A stretch of DNA of 64,000 nucleotides, taken from NCBI GenBank assembly GCA_963664825.1, contig OY761614.1:2464001-2528000 (forward strand). The letters run 5' to 3'. Position numbers and translations under genes: made by a program. The DNA comes from an uncultured Holophaga sp. GTDB taxonomy: Bacteria; Acidobacteriota; Holophagae; Holophagales; Holophagaceae. Below the pieces are notes generated by a model. That model was given only the letters and a program-made list of their open reading frames with translations. It ran no database searches and was not told where the DNA came from. The first letter of the stretch is position 1, and the number at the start of each line of letters is the position of its first letter. Below are positions 55,470 through 63,332 of this stretch, in pieces.

Positions 55470-55736
55470 CTACCGATCCGAGTCTTGTGTCACTTCCTGC
55501 TTGCGAGCGGCTTCCAGGTTGGCAACCAGGGCCTTGATCTCCTCCACGGTCTTCCCGGCGATTCGGGCCGCGTTGATCGCCTGGACCTCATGCTCTGGCC
55601 AGCCAACGGAACGGCTCCCGATCAGGACAGGGTGCGTGAAGAGACCTTTGGCGATGTCCTCTTGGTGGGACGTTCGGGAACGCCCGCGCCGTCGCAACAC
55701 TTCGGGAAGACGCAGGATGATGTAATCGTCTGACAT
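55470..55736 (-). CDS. alpA: AlpA family phage regulator / recombination directionality factor
   Basis: ILRLPEV....GRSR......IAKGLF..PV.IG.RSVGWPE.EV; GGAGG RBS. Confidence 0.9.
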   Translation of the reverse strand: MSDDYIILRLPEVLRRRGRSRTSHQEDIAKGLFTHPVLIGSRSVGWPEHEVQAINAARIAGKTVEEIKALVANLEAARKQEVTQDSDR

Positions 55737-55874
55737 GATTTCTGCCTCCTTTGTTGTGGAATGGGCCTGTGTAGCCCATGCGCTACAAGCGAGAAGGTAA
55801 GGGGAAGCAGGCGCGGGGGGCAACTCCGTTCCGACCCACTCTGGAATCCAAGAGATGAGGCATCACCCAGCCAC

Positions 55875-55901
55875 AAAAAAAGCCCCTCAAGAAGAGGGGC
55901 C
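55875..55901 (-). terminator. Intrinsic terminator of the candidate sRNA and toxin transcript
   Basis: Minus strand GCCCCTC-TTCTT-GAGGGGC followed by T7. Confidence 0.88.
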
Positions 55902-55988
55902 TAACTAGCACTGTGAAGGATTGCGTTCTCCGATCACAGTGGCCTCCCTGCGGAGGACTTAAGCCCGATGCCGAAGCAGAGCGGAGAC
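55875..55988 (-). ncRNA. Candidate ~114-nt pseudoknotted small RNA downstream of the PemK-like toxin
   Basis: Own promoter (55995-56023) and terminator; interleaved stems UCUCCG/CGGAGA and CACUGUGA/UCACAGUG, a cUUCGg hairpin and a CCUCC-GCAG-GGAGG hairpin. Confidence 0.7.
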
Positions 55989-55994
55989 AATTCA

Positions 55995-56023
55995 ACTGTA
56001 GGTTCCTAACGCGCACCAGTCAA
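55995..56023 (-). promoter_or_regulatory. Sigma70-type promoter embedded in the 3' end of the toxin gene
   Basis: -35 TTGACT (56018-56023), exactly 17 bp spacer containing the toxin TAG, -10 TACAGT (55995-56000); G at 55988 lies 7 nt downstream. Confidence 0.65.
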
Positions 56024-56428
56024 GGGTTGAACAAGGATTCCCATCGCGCATGCAACACAACTTCGAATGTTTGCAAGCTCTTCCTTTGAAAAAATAAACG
56101 TGTGGTAGGTCCGACTACCGGTGCGGTCCTTCGAACACGGCAGATCCATCCGATCATATGACAGGGTGTAGACCATGTCTCCCTTAAGCCAACAGGTTGG
56201 AGAGGCGAATCGAGGGAGTGGAGGGTCGATTGTCAGCAATCGGTGATAGGGCTTCACCTCATAGGGCACGGTTGTGCTGAGCGGAACAACCGTACACAAC
56301 TTAACCCCGTCCCTGCGCCTTGGTGAGATGACTACACACAGTCTCGGTTTCACCATCTCTGGCTCAACGAAACCTCGGAAATCGCAGATGACCACTGTTC
56401 CAGGCTTTGGATCAAATGGAAGTGACAT
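56006..56428 (-). CDS. PemK/MazF-fold toxin (YifN-like subfamily), probable endoribonuclease
   Basis: P.PGTVVICDF.GF.EPEMVK.R.CVVISPR....LCTVVPLSTT, W.K.DM.YT.S.DR; visibly lower GC than flanks. Confidence 0.88.
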   Translation of the reverse strand: MSLPFDPKPGTVVICDFRGFVEPEMVKPRLCVVISPRRRDGVKLCTVVPLSTTVPYEVKPYHRLLTIDPPLPRFASPTCWLKGDMVYTLSYDRMDLPCSKDRTGSRTYHTFIFSKEELANIRSCVACAMGILVQPLTGAR

Positions 56429-56603
56429 CTGGAAAGTCTACAACTAATCGATCATCTACCCAACCCGCTTCCATGACAATCTCCACGTCTCCAGGGTGTT
56501 CCGTGCGGTTTGTGGATACCTGCTCACCCTCATAGAGCACGAAGAGCTTCCCGCCTTTGGGAAGACTTCTCCGAAGTTTCTTCAGTTGTTCCTTGATTCC
56601 CAT
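56412..56603 (-). CDS. Hypothetical protein (63 aa) overlapping the toxin start
   Basis: AGAGGA RBS; basic N-terminus, acidic C-terminus; no AbrB/MazE or RHH signature. Confidence 0.65.
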   Translation of the reverse strand: MGIKEQLKKLRRSLPKGGKLFVLYEGEQVSTNRTEHPGDVEIVMEAGWVDDRLVVDFPDVTSI

Positions 56604-56647
56604 GGATTCCTCTTTTCGTGGCTATCGATGCGCCCATCCAAGCTTCC

Positions 56648-57481
56648 CTATGCCCGGACAGGAGCACCTGGCTTGAACCCAGCTCCTGTCTGGCGGTTGG
56701 GAAGGTTGACGGTCATTTCGGGAAGGGCTTCCAGCATCGCCAGAACCTCATCTTCCTGGTCCTCGGCTTTCGTAGTGGAAGCCTGCTCTCGTTCGTCGGC
56801 GTTCAACTTGATCCGGGACATGCGGGCCTTGACCTTCTCTTCATGCTGCTGAAGCATCAGGCCCAGGGCGATTCGTGCCGTGGCATCGCGGTTTCCAGCC
56901 AGTTCGTTAGCGGCGATCTCACCAGTTCGGAGCGCGACATCCCCCCGGTAAAAGGCCTCCTCGGCTTCCACAAGCGGCCCGATAGGCAGCGAGTCCAGGA
57001 AGAACGGAAGTTTTTTCAGGACCAGTGAGGCACAGTAAACCCGGCCCCATTGGCGATTCAGCGCGGCCTCCGTGGCCCAAAGGTTAGCCACTCCGAGAGG
57101 CATCGCGGCAAGCTCGGCTCGGAGGTTCGCCCGTACCGTGGCCTCCTGGGATTCCCAAAGGGCGCGGCCCGAGGTCGTGGTGTCTGGGGGGGCGGGCAGC
57201 ACACTCTGTTTACTCAGCACATTGATAGGGGAGGTCCAGATAGGCCGGGTTTCCTGAAATTCGGCATAGCGCGTCTTGAGTTCAGCCAGCAGGGCAGGCA
57301 CACGGGTTCCCCTGCGGATCTGGGCGATCTGTTCGGCCTTCCACTGTCCAGAGCGGGAAGCATCGTTCTGGGCAGCGTCTACGGCCTTCTGTTCGGCCGC
57401 TCTGGCGGCTTCGATCTCACCAGTGAGATTTGCCAGGGCGGTGCTGGCAGCTTGCAGTCCACTAAGCTCTGTAATGACCAT
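56648..57481 (-). CDS. Ala-rich alpha-helical phage hypothetical protein (277 aa)
   Basis: GGAG RBS before ATG 57481 (alternative start 57565 coupled to the Mor-like gene); predicted coiled-coil character. Confidence 0.75.
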   Translation of the reverse strand: MVITELSGLQAASTALANLTGEIEAARAAEQKAVDAAQNDASRSGQWKAEQIAQIRRGTRVPALLAELKTRYAEFQETRPIWTSPINVLSKQSVLPAPPDTTTSGRALWESQEATVRANLRAELAAMPLGVANLWATEAALNRQWGRVYCASLVLKKLPFFLDSLPIGPLVEAEEAFYRGDVALRTGEIAANELAGNRDATARIALGLMLQQHEEKVKARMSRIKLNADEREQASTTKAEDQEDEVLAMLEALPEMTVNLPNRQTGAGFKPGAPVRA

Positions 57482-57561
57482 TGCGTTCTCCGTGCGGGGA
57501 AGTCCCGTATAACCAAGGTCGCCCATCCGAATGCCTGATGTTGCCAAGAACTGTCCAAACG

Positions 57562-57861
57562 TCATGCAGCGGTAGACACGCGGCGGCGCTTGAGTTCCCG
57601 AGAATAGAGCCGGTCAACCTTCCAACGTGGAATGTCCATGGCGCAAGCAATGGCAAGGGCAGACTCACCCTTGCATCGGCGCTCATAGACCACGCGGGCG
57701 AGTAAATCCGTCTCGATGCGATGGGGGAAGTTCACCCGCTGGCCAAGGAAGCGCCGTATCAGGGCAAGGTAAACCCTTTGGCCTAGGTCATCCCCAAGCA
57801 TCCCAACCAAGAGCGGCAAGGCGTCCTCAGCCCGTGGGGTGTCAGGATCGCGGGGCTTCAT
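57562..57861 (-). CDS. Mor/C-family transcription activator
   Basis: L.RRFLGQRVNFP (Mor FGG..Y.P motif) and C-terminal HTH G.S..AIA...DIPRWKV.RL. Confidence 0.65.
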   Translation of the reverse strand: MKPRDPDTPRAEDALPLLVGMLGDDLGQRVYLALIRRFLGQRVNFPHRIETDLLARVVYERRCKGESALAIACAMDIPRWKVDRLYSRELKRRRVSTAA

Positions 57862-57865
57862 GGTG

Positions 57866-59098
57866 TCAGATCCCCAGGATCTTGATGGTTCCGGCGAAGC
57901 ACGGATTCAGCGGGAACTCGGAATGGACTAGGTAGCCAAGGGCATCGGGCAAATGGTCCAGGCCTAGGCGCTTGTCCGGCTCCATCGTGTCCTCTCGATA
58001 GGTGAGCCCTTCCAGGCAGTGAATCAGCTTCTCGCAGCGCTTGGCGATGAAGAGGCGGTGCTGCTCTTTCGCATTCAGGAAGAGGGCGTTCACTTCATTG
58101 ATGCGATCCGAGACGCTGGGAGCCTTGGGCGGGGCAATGACGCGGAATCCAGCCTGCCGAAGGATGGCAAAGTCTGTCTGCCCAACGTCTGCCGAGGTCT
58201 TCCGGGCGTTCCCGCTGGGGTCGGGATACACGTTGATGGATCGGCCCGGATAGCGCTTCTTGAGTTCATCGGCCATGCGCTGGGTGTTCGAGTTCGAGAG
58301 GCTGATTTCGTCCAGGATGTGGAGCTGATCCCCGGCCTTCACTCCCACCACTGCCGATAGGGGCGTGATGTTGAAGTCCATGCCCACCAGGAGCGCCCCG
58401 CCCGTGTCTTTCAGGTCTTCTCGGATATGAATGGCCCGGTCGAAGTTCTGATAGACCAGGCCGGTCATGCTCTCAAAGCTGGCCTCGTATTCCTGTTTGA
58501 AGCTCCTGGGGTCCAGTTCGGCGCGGGCGGCTTCGATCTCTTCCGGGGGCACCCGTCCGCCCTGGAGCGTGGTGAACTGGAAGGCTTCCCAGCCGTCCAT
58601 GATGAAAGCCCGCGTCCAGAGGGTGTGGAAATGGTTGAAGCCCTTCGGCGTCCCGATGAACAAGGCCCATCCTTGCCGGTCACTGAGGGCGGGCCTCAGC
58701 ACCTCGAACCACGCATCGGGGCTCATGTCTGCGAATTCGTCCAGGACAAGGCCATCCAAGCCCACGCCACGCAAGGAATCGTAATTGTCGGCACCTCGCA
58801 GGGCGATGACGCTTCCGTTCCGCAGTTCGATGGATAGGTCTGTCTCGTTGATCTTCCCGGCGTTGTTCTTCGGGATGAGCCCCTTGAGGATTTTCCAGCC
58901 GATTTGAGCGGCTTGGCGGTAGGAGGGGGCCACGAACCAAACGACGCGGCCTGGAGCCTCCAGGGCGGTCTTGAGGGCCGTTGCAATGGCAAGGTGAGTC
59001 TTCCCGAATCTGCGACCGGCGCACACAACCCGGAACCGGGCGGGGGATCGGAAGACCTGGGCTTGGGCTTCGGATAATCGGATGGGGTCTGAATTCAT
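57866..59098 (-). CDS. Phage terminase large subunit (Terminase_6 type)
   Basis: GRRFGKT Walker A, VAPSYRQA, LRG..LD.LVLDEFA, GTPKG.NHF, GMDFN, DPSG, DHLPDALGY; no frameshift seen. Confidence 0.95.
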   Translation of the reverse strand: MNSDPIRLSEAQAQVFRSPARFRVVCAGRRFGKTHLAIATALKTALEAPGRVVWFVAPSYRQAAQIGWKILKGLIPKNNAGKINETDLSIELRNGSVIALRGADNYDSLRGVGLDGLVLDEFADMSPDAWFEVLRPALSDRQGWALFIGTPKGFNHFHTLWTRAFIMDGWEAFQFTTLQGGRVPPEEIEAARAELDPRSFKQEYEASFESMTGLVYQNFDRAIHIREDLKDTGGALLVGMDFNITPLSAVVGVKAGDQLHILDEISLSNSNTQRMADELKKRYPGRSINVYPDPSGNARKTSADVGQTDFAILRQAGFRVIAPPKAPSVSDRINEVNALFLNAKEQHRLFIAKRCEKLIHCLEGLTYREDTMEPDKRLGLDHLPDALGYLVHSEFPLNPCFAGTIKILGI

Positions 59099-59117
59099 CG
59101 TGTCCTCTTGACGGAAG

Positions 59118-59315
59118 TTGAGACAGGAGCGAACATTGGTTGAGAATCTGACGGCTTGTAAGTGCCCTGTTTGGATTCAATTGAGAATGATGAATAGCGG
59201 ATTTTCGATAACAATGATTACGTAACCCTGTTCATCATCGAAAACCCGCGTCAATGCTCACTTTCATCATTGGTTGAGATTGAGAATCAACGGATTCGTG
59301 TTATCTTCGTTGAGC
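59118..59315. repeat. AT-rich intergenic region with TTGAGA(AT) repeats between terS and terL
   Basis: TTGAGA at 59118, 59140, 59181, 59274, 59280; CATTGGTTGAGA at 59134 and 59268. Confidence 0.55.
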
Positions 59316-59404
59316 CATTCCTAAAAACTGGCTGAAATCTGAGTGATTCGGACTCATGGGAAGTAAGCCAGAGGGAGGTTCATGGTTCCCCCTGGCTCAC
59401 TCAT

Positions 59405-59836
59405 TCAGGAAGCCTTGTTTCCGAGTGTCGGCGTGGGTTCCGCCGTCACATCGATACAGGGCACCTCGATAATCAGAGGCGCGGGAAGGCTGTTCTCAAG
59501 CTCGATATCGACCTTGTCCTTCCACCCGGCCCGGTTCTTCAGGAAGAACTGGATCGCCTGCACATTGCCACTCACAGCGGCTTCGAAGAGGCTGTTGACC
59601 ACTTCCGCAATGCCCTGAGCCGTTCCCCGCTTGATTGCTTCCATCAATTCTATGTTTGATTTCTTACGATTGATGAGGGTTTGAACGCAAATACCAAGAG
59701 CGTCACATATTTGCTGTTGAGTAAGGCCCCTTGATGCCAGTGTCTCCACTTTCTTGATGTCGATTGGGATCATGGGGTATCCACGCTTCCCCCCTTTGGG
59801 TTTCGGTGGAGCCTTCTTCCTGGGTTTCGGCGTCAT
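59405..59836 (-). CDS. Terminase small subunit-like HTH protein
   Basis: VETLASRGLTQQQICDALGI...TL (HTH), EAIKRG, L.EAA..GNVQA..FFLKNR.GW.DK; upstream of terL. Confidence 0.8.
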   Translation of the reverse strand: MTPKPRKKAPPKPKGGKRGYPMIPIDIKKVETLASRGLTQQQICDALGICVQTLINRKKSNIELMEAIKRGTAQGIAEVVNSLFEAAVSGNVQAIQFFLKNRAGWKDKVDIELENSLPAPLIIEVPCIDVTAEPTPTLGNKAS

Positions 59837-60561
59837 GATGCTTTCCTGTGTGAGTTCTGGAGCCTGAGATCCGGCATCTTGGTGAGCTGGACTATCGGGG
59901 CGAGGTCTTGGAGTCTGGAGAAGGTGCGGGGCCCGTAGCGATCCACAAGCCCCTTCGCGTCCAGGTTGCTTGTCCAGCAGGTTGCCCCCTGGTGACGGTG
60001 CCGCTCATCAATGACCCGTGCCAGGAGCTGGCCTACCCAATCCTGGGCGGTGACGGCTTCGGCTCCGATGTCATCGAGAATCAGGAGGCGCCCAGGGTCC
60101 AAGAGGGTATCCAGGATCCACGTTTCCACTTCCCCGGCGGTGTAGCGGTTGAAGAGCTGGGCCCTTGCCTTGGCTGTGGATTCTGGCCAGTTGATCCAGG
60201 ATGGCCATGGACGAAGGTAGATCCCCTGTTCTTCAACCGCCCGTCGGATGGGTTGGGCGTTCCCGGCTTCTATCAAGCGGGTCATGTGCTCCTCGGTGGC
60301 CCTTTCGGCGATACGGCGGACCATGGCAGAGACGGCGAAGGTTTTCCCGATGCCGAAGCCTCCGCACAGGCCGAAGCTCCATTGCTTGGGAAGAGACTTC
60401 TTGATGAGGTCGGGAACGTGGTCCCATCGTGCCGTGCGTTCATGGGGGGCTATGCCCACGGCCCTGAGATATGCCTCTACGAAGGCGGGACGCTGGTCCT
60501 GGAAGGCTTTCAGGAGTTCCTCGGGAATGGGTTCAAGCGCTCTTTCCATCACCCTCTCCAA
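59833..60561 (-). CDS. DnaC/IstB-like AAA+ ATPase (helicase loader)
   Basis: G.FGIGKT, LLILDDIGAE, VIDERH, TSNL, R.FSRL. Confidence 0.88.
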   Translation of the reverse strand: MERVMERALEPIPEELLKAFQDQRPAFVEAYLRAVGIAPHERTARWDHVPDLIKKSLPKQWSFGLCGGFGIGKTFAVSAMVRRIAERATEEHMTRLIEAGNAQPIRRAVEEQGIYLRPWPSWINWPESTAKARAQLFNRYTAGEVETWILDTLLDPGRLLILDDIGAEAVTAQDWVGQLLARVIDERHRHQGATCWTSNLDAKGLVDRYGPRTFSRLQDLAPIVQLTKMPDLRLQNSHRKAS

Positions 60562-61420
60562 AGAATGCAGCGTTCTGTTTCACGTAGTCCTCACCCGCTT
60601 GGCCTTTGAGGGATGGGGCCCCTGCCTTCTGGGTGGTGCCCTTGTCCTTCGCCCTGGCCAGCCAAGAGGAGATGAACTTCCCCATCCCGGCATAGGTCTT
60701 TTGCCGTGTGGGGTTCTGTTCGAGCCAGAACTTCATGCCGCGGGCCTCTGAGAGCGGGTTCAGTTCCGGGAAGGCTTCCTTCCAGTCGTCCAGCTTCGAC
60801 TGGGTGAGGTGATAGTGCTTCCCCTTCTGGCAAGGCAGAGCCAGGAGCACGGGATCGGGGTTCGACCCATGATTTTCCCCTCCCTGGCTGGGGGCAGAAT
60901 CCGAGCGAAGCAAAGGATTAAAAGATGAAGATGAAGATGAAGAGCCGTCTCCAAAGGGGGGCATTGGTGGGGGCATTGGTGACGGGTTGGGTGAGTCATC
61001 GGGGGGTTGTCCACCTTCACTGATAAACCGGCTGGCCTTCCCTCGGTTCTGCCTCACGTATTCGTCTCGAACCATGCGACTGGAATACCAGAGTGGCCCC
61101 GGCTGCTCTGGTATCAGCTCCACAGGGAACCCACGCTGCCCCGCATGGCAAGGGGTGAACACGAAGACATCACACATCGTCCCTTCGTCGGCTCCCTTGA
61201 TGACGTTCTTGTTCACGAGAGCGACAAGGATTGATGCCTTGCAGCCGATGGCCTGGGCCAGTTCCTTCAAGGGCCAGCGCACAATCCCGTATTCGTCGCT
61301 GTCATGTGCGAGGCAAAGGAAGTCCATGTTGACCCCCTTCTCCTCATGGGTGCAGCGGCGCAAGTTGGTATTGGCCGCGTAATCGCCAGGGTAAAACTGG
61401 AAGCTAGGTCGTCTCGCCAT
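60533..61420 (-). CDS. Phage replication initiator protein
   Basis: MARRPSFQFYPGDY N-terminus, SSRMVRDE, Pro-rich repeat and poly-Ser linker, C-terminal W.E.FP...W...NP.R.K......FI..WL.RA; upstream of the DnaC-like gene. Confidence 0.8.
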   Translation of the reverse strand: MARRPSFQFYPGDYAANTNLRRCTHEEKGVNMDFLCLAHDSDEYGIVRWPLKELAQAIGCKASILVALVNKNVIKGADEGTMCDVFVFTPCHAGQRGFPVELIPEQPGPLWYSSRMVRDEYVRQNRGKASRFISEGGQPPDDSPNPSPMPPPMPPFGDGSSSSSSSFNPLLRSDSAPSQGGENHGSNPDPVLLALPCQKGKHYHLTQSKLDDWKEAFPELNPLSEARGMKFWLEQNPTRQKTYAGMGKFISSWLARAKDKGTTQKAGAPSLKGQAGEDYVKQNAAFFGEGDGKSA

Positions 61421-61632
61421 CACCGCCTCCGCTGAAAGTAGTGGCCACCTCCCGAGCGGCGAACGGGTTGCGGCTTCGGGAGGTGACAGGGGGCGGGTTC
61501 GGGCTCCATGTGCAGGATCTCCTGATACCAGCGTTCGATGGAATCCGGGTCCATGGAGGTGCCGAAGGGCTCGGGATTGAGCGCGAGGTGTGGCCAGACG
61601 GCGGGCTGAAGAAGAAGTCTGGATCCGCTCAT
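61420..61632 (-). CDS. Hypothetical phage protein (70 aa)
   Basis: Translationally coupled at both ends (ATGA and TGATG overlaps). Confidence 0.6.
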   Translation of the reverse strand: MSGSRLLLQPAVWPHLALNPEPFGTSMDPDSIERWYQEILHMEPEPAPCHLPKPQPVRRSGGGHYFQRRR

Positions 61633-62573
61633 TCCGGCGCTCCTGAAAGCGTTCGAGCCTTGATTGCGTCCAGATAGGCCGGGTCGTCATGGGGTAGCGT
61701 CCACCAACGCTCTTGATCCATCCAATCCCGATGGGTTTCAAAAACCAGGTGAGGCCATGACCAGCGCTTCTCGAAGGTCAATTCCTCACCATCGGGTTCG
61801 TCGGACACGGGGAATTGATCCCATGCAGCCTCCGCGAGGGGGAAGGACTCTTCTTTAAGCCCTCGAGTGACGAAGTTCCTATGGATCGGCCTCTTCGTGC
61901 CCATGACTTCACCTGCTCCGCTGGGGGCAATCTTCGTCACCACGACATACAGGTAGTCGTTTCCATCCACATTCCTACGGGACGATGACTCGAAAGATTC
62001 TGAGGGCATGATGAAGGCGTCCCATCGCACCCCATCCACCGCGCACTTTCCATGCGCCCCAAAGTTGGGGGCAGGGATCCAGGCTTCAACCGTGGCCACC
62101 TCGGGAGTGTCATTGGATGACACCCTCGGGGTGTTAACGGTTGACACCCGCTCGGATCGCATGTTTGAGACAAATTGATTGGAGACTCCGCATCGGCGGG
62201 CAATCTCCCGGTCTGACCATTGGCTCCACTCGGGGTCATCGAGGAGGGCGGAGGCGGCGCGGCGCTTGTCGGCATTGGTCCGGCGCAAGCCATGGGTCTG
62301 ATTGGCCCCCACGGCGAAGAGACGGGCATCGCGCTGGGTTCCCTGCCGGATCTCGGCGGGGATGTCCTGGAGCCCTGCAAGGCGGGCCCCTTCCACACGA
62401 TGGAAGCCGTCGGCAAGCCAGTAATCGGTGCCGTCATGGAACACGGTGACGGGCGGGAAGATGGCCCCGGCCTTCATCGCATCGGCGTATTCAGCACAGG
62501 TCGTTGAATCCAAGGCGGCGCGGGTTTGAGTGCCTCCATCCATGCGGATTGAACTGATTGGAAGGTCCCTCAT
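61629..62573 (-). CDS. ParB-like N-terminal domain plus HTH protein
   Basis: I..DGGTQ.R, FPPV.VF.DG..YWLADGFHR, N..HGLRRTNADKRRA, WSDREIARRCGVS..FV. Confidence 0.85.
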   Translation of the reverse strand: MRDLPISSIRMDGGTQTRAALDSTTCAEYADAMKAGAIFPPVTVFHDGTDYWLADGFHRVEGARLAGLQDIPAEIRQGTQRDARLFAVGANQTHGLRRTNADKRRAASALLDDPEWSQWSDREIARRCGVSNQFVSNMRSERVSTVNTPRVSSNDTPEVATVEAWIPAPNFGAHGKCAVDGVRWDAFIMPSESFESSSRRNVDGNDYLYVVVTKIAPSGAGEVMGTKRPIHRNFVTRGLKEESFPLAEAAWDQFPVSDEPDGEELTFEKRWSWPHLVFETHRDWMDQERWWTLPHDDPAYLDAIKARTLSGAPE

Positions 62574-62866
62574 TCCGCGACCTCATCCACTCGCAGCTTC
62601 CAGGACGGGCAAAGCGTGGTGAGGCACTTTCCGGGCTTCTTGGCCTGGCAGAAGTATTCCAGCGTCGTCGCGCCCGGGTATTCCTTTTGGAATGCGGCCG
62701 GGGCACCGACATCACGCTGTGCCTTAAACCGGCAGGTAGCGCAGGAGTGGGAGGCCGGGTTGTCATGACACCGGGCCTCATGGGCCTTGCAGGAGCTTGC
62801 GGAGGCATAGGGCCTGCCGTGTCCAGGGGCACAGTGTTCGCAGCGGTAAGCGGTGATGGTCTTCAT
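62570..62866 (-). CDS. Cys/His-rich zinc-finger-like phage protein (98 aa)
   Basis: YRCEHC...C..HE..C..NP....C..C; GGAGA RBS; ATGA overlap with the next gene. Confidence 0.7.
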   Translation of the reverse strand: MKTITAYRCEHCAPGHGRPYASASSCKAHEARCHDNPASHSCATCRFKAQRDVGAPAAFQKEYPGATTLEYFCQAKKPGKCLTTLCPSWKLRVDEVAE

Positions 62867-62915
62867 TGGTATCTCTCCGATTGGATGATTGATTTCGATT
62901 GAATGCGTGTGCTTC

Positions 62916-63332
62916 TCAGCCCGGGTCAACTTCAACGCCGAGCAGTTCCGCTTTCTGGCGTCTTCGCTCCATGAGGTTCTGAGCGTGGTAGAAATCTCGG
63001 ATCGCAAAGAGGGCTTCACGCTGGGTTGCTCGGGTCGCTCGGCGCGGGAGTAGAAGCACGGCGGGAGAGCCGTCAAGCAGCGTGTCACCAGGGACGAAGA
63101 GCCACCCTGGAAGGGAACCGCGGTCGCCTGCCAAGATCACCGAGTGTTCCTCTCCGGCTTCCCAGAGTTCGGGAATGATGCAGGTCTGAGGCGCTGGAAC
63201 CTTCCTATGGATTCGGCTGAAGGTATTGATCCCGATCCCATCCCAAGGACGGGAGAGGGGCAGTCCCTTTCTGGCCCCTTGGGTGATGGTGTTCAATTTC
63301 GAACAGGTCGAAGGCGTGGTGGTGGTCTTCAT
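62916..63332 (-). CDS. Hypothetical phage protein (138 aa)
   Basis: ATGA-coupled to the upstream gene; no motif recognised. Confidence 0.55.
   Translation of the reverse strand: MKTTTTPSTCSKLNTITQGARKGLPLSRPWDGIGINTFSRIHRKVPAPQTCIIPELWEAGEEHSVILAGDRGSLPGWLFVPGDTLLDGSPAVLLLPRRATRATQREALFAIRDFYHAQNLMERRRQKAELLGVEVDPG

Noticed and set aside
55875..55988. Candidate sRNA as an HDV-like or hammerhead ribozyme
   Set aside because: Only 1 nt separates the P2 5' strand from the P1 3' strand, leaving no room for HDV P3/L3; no hammerhead CUGANGA/GAAA core.
55783..56016. 77-aa minus-strand ORF across the sRNA
   Set aside because: No RBS or recognisable motif, and it runs through a strong terminator; RNA structure explains the region better.
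61421..61741. N-terminal extension of the replication protein (402-aa ORF call)
   Set aside because: It overlaps two coupled upstream genes; the family-typical start MARRPSFQFYP at 61420 has its own GGAGG RBS.
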